NCBI GenBank assembly: GCA_002633005.1
Contig: NMRA01000055.1
Coordinates: 986,282-1,050,281 of the forward strand
DNA: 64,000 bases
Direction: 5' to 3'
Origin: Phoronis australis
Lineage: Eukaryota > Animalia > Phoronida
Below the pieces are notes generated by a model that saw only the letters and a list, made by a program, of their open reading frames with translations, did no database searches and was not told the DNA's origin. Of the stretch, positions 39,201 to 49,861 are shown piece after piece. The position numbers were made by a program, and so were the translations under genes. Position 1 is the stretch's first letter. Each line of letters begins with the position of its first letter.

Positions 39201-41709
39201 ATTACAGCTCTTACCTATCATGGCAAAGGGCACCTCCAATACAAAACCTTTCCCATACACTGCAGAAACAATAATGCCGCCAAAATCACTGAGGTCAGGC
39301 TAAATACCTCTCTTGGAGTGAATACAGAACCGGTTTGAACTGGTTACCTTACACATCTACTATTTGAAATTGCCACCAGAAACAATGCCCTAACAGATCA
39401 GCAGTTACCAATGGTCTGTCGGTGACAATTCCAGACAACCAAGCCAGACCACCATGGTTCAAATCCTAATACCATTAACGTTTTTTTAAAACATTAAAAA
39501 TTTCTAAAATATATAAAATACACCACTATCACATTCGACAATTCATATCTTGTTTTGCTGTGCAGTTCAGCTCGTCGCATACTCCAGGTTAAATAGTTCC
39601 GATTTAGTATCGTTTTGACCTTGACTGCAAGATTGGTCGATTTTCAACATGTGGCCAAGTAAATTACACTGGTGATGGGGTTAAATTTTACTTAATTGCA
39701 ACAGTAAATAATCAAAGGAAATCAAAAAAGGACAGAATTCTTTGACAAGCAAGACTGGCTGAACTTTTTGGGCTTTCTGGTTTTCAATATATTTTCACTT
39801 ACTTTAAAAGTTATCGCTAGCTCCAGGCGATAACTATCGGTTGACAACTAGAACAAGAACGGGAGAGTGATCGAATGCATCTTGACATATGTGTTATAAC
39901 ACACACCTTCCAACAAAATTTCAGAAGCTATTTACAGTGTTATCACACGAATTTTACTTAAGTGCTTGCTTAGTATGACGTCATTTTACGTTTTAGACCC
40001 TGTCAATTTAATAGCATTTCTTGTGTGACTCATTTTGAGAACACTGAATAAGTTCAGTTGTCAGAGTGTCCATATGTTTTTTCGAAAAAAGTGAACGAGC
40101 AAGTCATCGTGATTCGGATAGATTTATTTTAATTTTTAAGTTGGGACAGGGCGAGGCAGTCTCAAGTGCACTATTTCACTTGCTTTATGCTAGCCATCAC
40201 CAGTCAAATTAAGAAAATCAAGCGCATGTGTGCGCAAGAAAACGACATAGACTGCTGTAGCAATGTAATGCCCATAAAAGTTCCGTTTTTACTATTTTAG
40301 CTCAATCTATTTCAAATAGCAAAAGAAAGTTGGCTTCATGGATAACTTGAAACACATATACATCTATACGGGATCTATACCTTCTTACAGATGTGGTAAA
40401 CGTGCACCCATAGACATATCTATAATCAGTTTCGCACTAGCCATCCAATAGAAAAATGGTAATTACCTCTAGCAATATTCGATGGCTGTTGACTAGCTAC
40501 CATCATCCTCAGTAACGATCACCACCAGGCGGAGCTCTTGAAAATAGTACGTAGTGAATAGGGGTTAGGCATAGGGAGCTCTCATCACTGTTAATACACC
40601 TTGGCGCCTGTTTGATATAAATAAGCGTTTGTAGTCGTTAGCCTATTGGCATATTAGGCTAGTGTTTTCCCAAACTATCAAATGGTTTTCTGTTTTCTTT
40701 CACCGAGTGATCAGTTTGAGCAGAATCATATGACTGGTTCATTGAAACCTTCCTCTAAGCCCTGGTGACAACTTTTTTCGCACGGATGGCATCTACATCT
40801 TTTTTGCTCCTTAAGGCGATAATCAAAATTTCAAGACGTTTCACCTATGCACACACTATCACATGAAGCAGAGGGATGTTACATATCACTCCCCATCGCT
40901 TCACTGACTTCTTCCATTTCCCTTTTGTCCTTGGGGTGCACCAACAGTTTTTTGTTAAAGGTGAGTGGTTTCATAGCGAAATCAAACTTTGCTTAATTGA
41001 AGCACCTGGTGAAGGCTACTTACAAGCCTGTGACTTGTGGTATAGTGACCAAACCCATGGACTTATCTGTATTCGACACGTTATTCACTTCACATTTATT
41101 GAGGGCCCACTTGGAGGTACCCACACTTGGTGAAAGATTCGTCAATATGAACTTCCTCTTTAACCCTGTCCTGTTGCTCTGACACTATAATCTCGTTCCA
41201 ACTTGTGGTAATCAGTACCAAGGGGTAATGATGGCAGCCAGTCACTAAGCATCGAAAATTTCTGAAGATAATTCTTATTTTCTATTGTATGGTTAATAAG
41301 AAGCTGACTAAAATATGTACATAACATCCCGATGGGTAGTAAGAAACTTTATCCATACACGTGAAAATACGGATGTAGTATACGTCACGTTATCAACTGT
41401 GAAATACGAGAAAGTAGAGTCAATCCGTATACCACGATAGAGGAAGCATTCAACGGCAGAAGCCGTATTTCACGGTTGGTGAGCAGTCTCCGTGTCGAGT
41501 AAATTCACGTGTGCAACGCCAAATTTGATTGAGCTCGTTCATTTGGCTTAGCCAAATCATCAATCCAAGGCGTCGTTCCTAAAAAATTCCGCTCAAAATT
41601 CTGAGGCATGGTGATCAGGCGGCTATTTTTGGGCCTCGCTGAAGTCTCAGTTTGGGTCATCATAAACAGATCAAGCTAAGTCAGCCAAAAATCTAACTCA
41701 AATTTCTTG

Positions 41710-43377
41710 GAGAGCCAGCAGGAGTTTATTCTCACTTTTGAGTGCAAAAGGTTTGAGTGCGCAATTTTATTGTAAATCACCCACCATTGAAGGAAAGGGG
41801 CGTCTTAAGTTTCGTAATCCAGGGCTTTGGAAGAGCTATTTGAAGCTTTTGAGAGGTTCTACAAGAGCGCTGGAAATGGAGATCTTGATCGAACAACAAA
41901 GTTTTGGGCAATGTATATCCAATACATACAAATCTACCACACTGTCGAACGCGCAGTTAGATGAACAAATATTGATCTCTTCGCCACCATGTTGACACCA
42001 ATTACTGATCTGTTTTCGCAACAAACAGACAGAACTGTGCACTCTGGATGTCAAAATACCAACTTGACTTGATCAATTTAGAAAGTTCCCATCCTGCAGG
42101 CTTTTCAGCCAGACGATCGAACAATGAATTTGTGCGAATTCCAGTCGATCTTACCCTGGAGCAAACAATCAATGCTAATGCCGCTTACCCAATGACGGGA
42201 GAAACATTGTCCATAAACAACTACAGTTCAAGAGTACGGTGGAATGCTACCAAGAACAGCCAAGCTGTGATTGTGAATGCAGCTCTCACTATGGTGGGAA
42301 TGGGGAATACAAGAGACACTCAAACTGACCTCAGTCCAGCCAGAATAAGGAAAGACAATGGCGATCTCCAGAAGATCATCAAACAGATTGAGTCTAGTGC
42401 CAGTCCTTTCACACTTGATCAAAGCTTCCTTCTCGTCAACATCAGTACTGGAAAGGGTGTAATATATGCCACGAGTGCATTATTGTTCATCATTCCAGAA
42501 GGCGGCAAAAGCAGACATGAAAGCTTTGTCCAAGAATGCCTCGAAAGTGCAGAGCGCTTCGAAAAAACAATTCGTAAAAAACCTCTTCGCACGTTTTTAA
42601 GTGAGTGTGTGACCAATGGAAACTCAAACAAAAACGCAAAGGAGGCACAGCTAAGATGTACTAGAGCACTTCTTGGCTGCATTGCCTTCACAGCTGCAAC
42701 AAGTGACATTGATCTCGAGCATGCAGGCTATTCTTATTTCCTCTGACACTGGTGCCACTGTCATTGTGTAACAATGATGGAATGATGGCTCACACGGATA
42801 AAAGCAAATTACAAATTGTTCCAATTTCTGGAAATCACTGTCGGTGACCATGGCAGCCGATATTTTGTTCATATTGTTGACGGCAATTTTCAATTCCACT
42901 GCATGTCGCCAGATCAGCCTGCAAAGTATGTGGAGCTGTTACCAGCTTGGCGTATACATCACGAAGAGTCGACATCAACTTTGATACATATGAACGGCCA
43001 TCCACCAAGGACAATGAGAGATAGCGCAGAGAAGCTGTTGTAGGAGGAGAACTTGTTGTAGAAGGACCTGACCATAAGACTCGAGTTTCAAGAAGCAACA
43101 AGATAAGAAAGCGTTTAAACGAGAGCTACCCGTCTCTCTCACCAAGGATTGGTCGAGCAACTTCTACAGTCCACTTCTAGATGGAAGACAAGTGTATTTG
43201 GGAGTGATGGGAGAGTGGATTTTTGGGCCCTCTTTTGGACCCCACAGGAACCAAAGCCCAGGATTGCGCAACTTAAGACGCCCCTTTCCTTGAAGTTCAA
43301 TGGTTGGTGATTTACAATAGCATTAAGCACTCAAACCTTTTGCACTAAAAAGTGTGAATAAAGTCCTGCTGGCTCTG
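41710..43377 (+). mobile_element. Internally deleted Academ-like DNA transposon with about 120-bp TIRs and a broken transposase/XPG-like ORF
   Basis: TIRs AGAGCCAGCAGGAGTTTATTC...AATCCAGGGCTTT (41711-41829) and the inverse at about 43253-43376. The interior encodes HP..GFSARRSNNEFVRIPVDLTLEQTIN, IVDG and RVDINFDTYERPSTKDNER with stops and frameshifts. The superfamily call is from remembered motifs. Confidence 0.7.
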
Positions 43378-43755
43378 CAACTAAATCCAACGAAAACGTT
43401 TCGTTATGGATGCGTACAGTATATCTACACTGAGAGCTAAATTCTTTACAGGAAATTAAGACCTATTAATGAGTACGTGTTTTTTTACTGAGACAATAGT
43501 TTGCTCTCAGCGCTCAACATACTCTCCGTCGGTGCCGGCCGTAGCACAAAATTAGCTTTTTGCTGTCTACAGCACAGTTTCCATCGTTATTTTCCAATGC
43601 TATGATCAACACGGGGAAATTGTTTTATTACTCTTTACAGTCCAGAAGCTAAGACACGAAAATAGACTAAGAAAATTAAGAATTTATCGAATGTAAAGCG
43701 ATACTGCAGCACAACTCGGATGATGCACAAAAGTCCATGTATATGGGATATTAGA

Positions 43756-43918
43756 TTATTCCACATACATGTACATAGGAATACTAGTGCGATATCCTAT
43801 CTCTAATTCATTTCATCTGGGAATGTCCCAACTCGACTTTCGGTCTCGTTGGAACATTCCCAGATGAAATGAATTCTCGATAGGATATGGCAGTAGCATT
43901 CCTATGTATGTGGAATAA
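43756..43918. repeat. Long imperfect palindrome (hairpin MITE-like)
   Basis: TTATTCCACATACAT...AATTCATTTCATCTGGGAATGT pairs with ACATTCCCAGATGAAATGAATT...ATGTATGTGGAATAA. Confidence 0.85.
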
Positions 43919-44702
43919 CTTATGTGACTACGACATGTAGATAACAACCTGATAGGGTTATTTACCGACTAACAATATAGGGGGCACAATTAGTTGTCGC
44001 ATCAGAGAACATGTCTGACAATATTGAAAAGCATTTCAGCATGAAAAAAACATAAAATTTATTGTTGAACGGTCATGAGACACTATTTTTTATATTCGAA
44101 GAAGAAGCAAGCGGCTTAGCCGTATAAGCGTAGATACAGGTCATTGAATACGCCGTGAAATACATTATTCAGTGCGGTAAAGTAGAGCCATTTCACGGTT
44201 CATGTACACTTTACGAAAAATGAGTGTTACTTTGGACACAATAACCTTCTTATAGGTGTTTGTATAAGCTGTTTTGTTCAGTAGTTTGAAATGTTTTAAA
44301 TTGTTGACATGGGAATTCTATTACACGATATTTTCTGAAATAAAATGTGTGTATGATAGATACATAGCAGCGAGAAAAGCAAATGTAATACATAAAAAGT
44401 CACTTTTCGTGAAATTCAAAACAATTTCGTTTCGTCCCATGGCTTCAGTTTTTTACAGTCAAATTTTCTACACTTAAACAAACTCAAGACTAACTTTAAC
44501 ATTTTCTTTGTTGTTGGTTTTTCTCCTTAACTCTTTAAGGAACCACATAAATTTACACCTATCGACCATAAAGTATATATTCGAAATACAGTTGACTTAT
44601 ACAAGCTCATGTAAAATTCGCTTTTGCTGAACACCATCAATGGTATAACAAAGTAAGCGTGCATTTCAGGTAAATGGCGGCGACAAGCTGAACGGATAAA
44701 TC

Positions 44703-47700
44703 ATGGACGATCTTGACGAATGGCGTCTCATACAAAACCACGACATTCTTACACAGGATATCCCAGCTATTGAAGTATGCCAGAAATTACGTAGTGGACC
44801 AAATCGACTATTTTCCCAAACTGACAACGAAATAATCGAGTCCAAACCAACAACCTTAGGGAAAAATGAAAAACTACTGGATATACTCCGTACTAAAGGT
44901 CCGAAAGCATACCGGGCATTACGAACCTCTCTTCAGGAGTTGGAGATGGACCATCTAGTGCAGGCTCTTGATCAAACAGACTTGACTGATTACGAATATC
45001 CAGGTACATGTATGTCATATTCAAGAAAAATTGGGAAAATGGATAGTAACCATATGCTGTTTATGCGGACATGGGCTTATTCTTCTTGAAAAGAATTTTC
45101 ATGAATGATGTATTTCATTCGGGGAACCCCTCGGGTATATTAGCAGTGTCAAATTACCTTGTTGAATGTTAAAGCAAATTGGGTGTTTTCGTAACCTTAA
45201 ATTTCCCCTCGGAGGTTAACATTATCTGCGCATGGGCGATCTTCTTTATACAGCCAATCATTTTCCTGCTTTATAGTCTTACGAATTGCCATGATATGAC
45301 TGAAAATTGCCATATGTTTGACAATGTTCATCTTCAAGGAAAATTAAGGCTACGAAAATACCCGAGGTGTTCCGGATGCCGTCACAGGTGTGCCATGTGA
45401 AAACTTCAACCATAAAGCCAAGTCGGGTAACATTCTCAATGGAGAAAATCCTTAAATATGTGGCGATACCCCTGTATTAAACTGGCTTAAACAAAAATTA
45501 ACAGCAAAAGCATGAGAAAAACAAAAGATTGAAAGTGACGTCCCTCGTGCACTACATCTTTGTTTCTGTTAACTTGTATGGGTAAATATAAGTTATTACT
45601 TTATTCTTCACTGCACAGAACGCGCCGTCATCCATGTTACGTCTTTCATTATTTTCAGTATTTGCCGATGAGCCACAAGCACAAGCCAAAACGTCTGGAA
45701 TCACCAGGGCGGCTGTTGGGAGATTTGCTAAAATCGGTGACCTTTATGACGCTGCAACAGACAATTTCTTGGTAAGTATCCCACGTTACGAAAACGAACC
45801 AGGCTCATTTACACTGGGTAGATGAACAAAACGACTGTATACTCAGGAGTGACATGAATAAAATGTCACGTGGCTAAGTGTGTCATTTCTTCAATAATTG
45901 CTTGGTATGACATCAGGAATTTTCAACAATCCTAAATATTAGTTTAGATCTTCCACTAGGACACGTACATGTATGGACTTCAGTGGATTGAAGGAAATAA
46001 GAAATTGGGTTAATCCAGTAACTATGCTATCTGCCCGCCACCTATTGACTACATCATTTGACCTAATGAAGAGAAGTCCGAAAAGAATTCTGCCCCCCGA
46101 GCAGGACTCAAACCCTGGACCTTCTGTAATAGGTGTAGACGATCTAGCCACTAAGCCAATGGGACCACCCTTCACACACAAAAATACAATAAGAATTAAA
46201 AGTTTGGGTGCTCAGGTCACCATCCAGTGGGAGTGTGTCGCGGGACACTGTGGCAAGTGGGACAGTTGTTTCTCTATCTGTGGTATGCCGGAGGTCCACT
46301 TAACCATGTCCAGTAGTGGCTTGGCCTCGTCGAACTCTGAACAGCGCAAGCATTCCATTGAGGTAGGCATAACAACGCACACAGTGTATTTGCACCAAGA
46401 TGTGTCACCACGTCTGTCCTCAGTAGCCGCATCGTTTCTCTCAACAGCTGCCTGTGCCTGTGCGTGCATACTCTGCCTCGTTATACTCGGGCTCAAACAT
46501 GTACCCACCCACTGAATGTCCGTGAAAAAATTCCTCGTCACCACTGCTGTGAACAAGGTCTCCGTCACTCACACTACTGTCACTGTGATACGGGTCACCG
46601 ACTCCAGCCATTTTCAGCTTACAACACACTAAACAATCCCTAAATCCAACGTAGTTGAGTTCTCTACTAACCTATCTTGCCGCAGAATACTCGCCGATGT
46701 AAAGTGGTGGTGACAATTGTTGAAAAACAGCACAAAACAAAAGTAGAATAGAACAGATTCGCACGGTAAAGTCAACGCAAAACCAAGTGGCGGGAAACGC
46801 TTGCCTCCTAAAACGTCACTTCCGGAGAAGCGGATAGGAAGTAATAAAATTACGAAAAGCTGTTATTAAGAGGCAAATATGTCTAGGATAACCAACCAAC
46901 CTTATTTTAGCTCAAAATGACATGGAAAAAGGTTGCCTTCGCCTTTAAGGGCTGGCAGGCGGCTCTCAGTCCTCGATACGAACAGTGGCCCTTCGTACAT
47001 GAAGATCAGAAATAATAATGCTCTAGATAGCACGTGGAGTTGGTAAATCCAATCCCTGTGTTTGAGTGGCAGACAAAACTGTCCACCAGTGACACAACTT
47101 CTCCACCCGGCCTCTAATAGTTGCCACACTGAGTATCTCCTTTAGGCTACTGTCGAACGACATTCCCCAAGGATTTCCTACTTATCCGAGACTGTTGGTA
47201 CGTTGTGGTCGTCCATCTTCAATACCAACACAAGTAAAACATGCCAATGTAGAAATTAGTTTTGTTCAATCGAAGTCGATTCGTAGTGCTTGTGTGCCCT
47301 CCGTGGTTCGTTTTACAGACTTTGTTCAGAAGCCAATTATTTGTGCGTGTGTCGTTGTCTCTTTCAGGCAAAGTCTTCGTTAGAGCCGAGTTGGAAAGCC
47401 TTGGATATAAAGGTTTCGCCCACGAATGACGAGTCATCTATCCAGCTTTTGGAAATAAAAAGTTTGAAACAAAAATTGGAGAAACTGAATATTGGCAATG
47501 ATCTGAGTGCAAGTATTTTGCTGGATATGGTTCGAGTGGAAGGATCAGGAAGCATTCTGAAATTCTTCGGGAAATCCTATGACAAAGTTTTACTTTACAA
47601 AGTAACGACAGAAAATCACAGCTTCGACGTGATCAAAAACATTCATCTAATTGATAGGAACGTTTTAAAAGAATGTGTTGTCACTGGTGCTACTCATGTT

Positions 47701-48441
47701 GTCGCGGGAATTGATTGGGGTGCTGTATGCTATGTCACAAGTGACGTAGGACCATGCACTGAGAGCGATATTAGGCGCGGGCTTGAGGATATAGAGGAGA
47801 CACTCAAAGGAGAATCGGATAAACACGCAAATACAACCCAAAGCTTGGACGAGCGGCTACAGGAAACTGGCTCGGCATTATTCCGCTTCTTTTCCGACAT
47901 CCGTTTGCAAGATAATGGTAAACCTGTTTCGATTGAGAAAGCCCTGGAGCTTGCAGGCTTCGTCCGAAATGGAAATCCCTTGCCAATTCAGTTTCACCTT
48001 TTGCCCATACAGGACCTGATTGAGCAATGTCAACTTGAAGTCCCCATAAAACCAACTTTTATTGAGCTGGATGATGAAGACTTGGTTCATAGACTCACAA
48101 GATATGTGGAGGACTTCGAAACATTTTTTGTTGATTGGAATGCCAAGCGAGACTATCTGTATAACTTCGATCGCTTCAACAATAACGAAAGTCTGAAATA
48201 TGCCGATGAATTTGTAAGTCAAATCCGGGAAAAAAGAGCAGGAAGCGTTATCGAATTGAAAAAAAATGTGTCAAGAAAACGAAGAACTAAAGAATGCGGC
48301 GATACTGAAGAACTGGAAAAACTCCTTCACTCGTTTCAATCTACGTATCAAGCGAACAGCGACAAGTTCAAGGAGCTGCTTCGTCTTGATTTCGAACCAA
48401 TAGATCATGTTCTTACGGGCCCGAATGAATCGCATGTATAA
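44703..48441 (+). CDS. CARD-domain protein fused to a stonustoxin/verrucotoxin-like MACPF domain and helical C-terminus (about 495 aa)
   Basis: Exons 44703-45003 (phase 1), 45659-45771 (phase 0) and 47368-48441 join in frame (1488 nt); an in-frame TAA lies just upstream of the ATG. Exon 1 is CARD-like (LIQNHDILTQDI...EIIES...KNEKLLDILRTKGPKAYRALRTSL...HLVQAL). Exons 2-3 carry SNTX-family motifs RAAVGRFAKIGDLYDAATDNF, LSASILLDMVRVEGSGSIL, ATHVVAGIDWGA and PLPIQFHLLPI. Confidence 0.85.
45116..45378. mobile_element. MITE-like element in intron 1 of the CARD gene (relative of 34295-34483)
   Basis: TTTTCGTAACCTTAAATTTCC / GGAAAATTAAGGCTACGAAAA inverted pair, shared with the 34.3 kb copy. Confidence 0.6.
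45970..46168 (-). mobile_element. tRNA-derived SINE-like element
   Basis: The - strand head at 46166-46091 has a Pol III A box (TGGCTTAGTGG) and a B-box-like GGTTTGAGTCC but no proper anticodon stem. The 3' extent is approximate. Confidence 0.55.
46212..46944 (-). mobile_element. Kolobok-like DNA transposon end with a degenerate KolX / P2X7 C-terminal (ballast)-like ORF
   Basis: The - strand gives an acidic leader with GYMFEPEY and then WCKYTVCVVMPTSMECLRCSE (degenerate WCxCxxCxxMPTxxECxCCxE), broken by a stop or frameshift. The terminus ...GGTTGCCTTCGCCT|TTAA at 46944-46948 fits a TTAA-targeting Kolobok end. Confidence 0.6.
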
Positions 48442-48768
48442 TACAAAAAAGGAGGAATGGGTGGTAAATCAATATATATTCATATAAATATATATTGACA
48501 CGTATGTCGTTCAAACATGAATCACCCTCAAACACGACAGATAGAAAGTCATGACACCGACACCGTGATCGTACATTTATTACGTCTAATAAACTGATCT
48601 GATAGTCATTGAGTAACGCATGAACAACCCTCTTCTTTAATACAGGTAATGCTTTCCGCAAAAATGTCGATCATTTTGAATTTGCCATAGTAGCCTTTTG
48701 TTATATTGTTCTTATTTTGTTTGACGCTACAAAACTGTGGTGTACTAGATCACTATAGTTAAATTCTT

Positions 48769-49861
48769 CCGTTTCCGATGTCTTTGAATTTTATGCTAGC
48801 ATAACAGTTTTGTTGTAGTTGTCGTTGCTGTTGTAGGGTTTGAAATTTCGATGTTGCTTCAGATGAAGCTACTTTGTAACTTTCGTGAGGAATTTTATCA
48901 ACGTGCGTGGTTAAATACCGTTCTAAGTAGTTCCAGCGTATTCCACCGTTAGACAATACAGTTACTGCACGTCCTTATCTTTACGAATTTGGCCCCTTAG
49001 CCCCTGAGTGTTAAGCAATAATGACTTCACTCATTAGCGACCGGGGCTGCTAATAATAAATAGAACGCAGTGTTCCCGTCAGGATAATTGACCTATCGCC
49101 AGGATTACGACTGACGGCTTAACTGACGAATCAGAACACAGCATTCTTGACACACTTTCGTCTGCGTTTCCAAGCCGCCATTTTACTCCACAAACAACAC
49201 ATTGTCGTGTGAAACATATATTAGTCTATAGCTCAAGAAACTGTGCCATAAGAAAGGTGAAACGGTGTTGATATGGCTTGTGTAATTTCGACAGCAATTA
49301 TGTAGCTCGAGGAGNCCGTTTCCGATGTCTTTGAATTTTATGCTAGCATAACAGTTTTGTTGTAGTTGTCGTTGCTGTTGTAGGGTTTGAAATTTCGATG
49401 TTGCTTCAGATGAAGCTACTTTGTAACTTTCGTGAGGAATTTTATCAACGTGCGTGGTTAAATACCGTTCTAAGTAGTTCCAGCGTATTCCACCGTTAGA
49501 CAATACAGTTACTGCACGTCCTTATCTTTACGAATTTGGCCCCTTAGCCCCTGAGTGTCAAGCAATAATGACTTCACTCATTAGCGACCGGGGCTGCTAA
49601 TAATAAATAGAACGCAGTGTTCCCGTCAGGATAATTGACATATCGCCAGGATTACGACTGACGGCTTAACTGACGAATCAGAACACAGCATTTTTGACAC
49701 ACTTTCGTCTGCGTTTCCAAGCCGCCATTTTACTCCACAAACAACACGTTGTCGTGTAAAACATATATTAGTCTATAGCTCAAGAAATTGTGCCATAAGA
49801 ATAGTGAAACAGTGTTGATATGGCTTGTGTAATTTTGACAGCAATTATGTAGCTCGAGGAG
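48769..49861. repeat. 546-bp tandem duplication joined by a single N (likely allelic/assembly duplication)
   Basis: 48769-49314 and 49316-49861 are near-identical with a few SNPs; the N at 49315 is exactly at the junction. Confidence 0.85.

Noticed and set aside
45339-45387. Possible extra small exon in the CARD gene (AG...GT bounded)
   Set aside because: It is the right arm of a MITE also found at 34.4 kb, and including it would break the phase between exons 1 and 2.
46091-46166. Possible tRNA gene on the minus strand
   Set aside because: A and B boxes are present but the anticodon and acceptor stems do not fold properly; a SINE head is the better explanation.
48259-48291. Basic KKNVSRKRRTK as a nuclear localisation signal in the CARD-MACPF protein
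   Set aside because: It falls within a predicted helical bundle where basic residues are expected; there is no independent support.
48769-49861. Duplicated ORFs MSNGGIRWNYLERY... as a tandem gene pair
   Set aside because: No recognisable domain, and the duplication is joined by a single N, which is typical of unmerged allelic contig ends.
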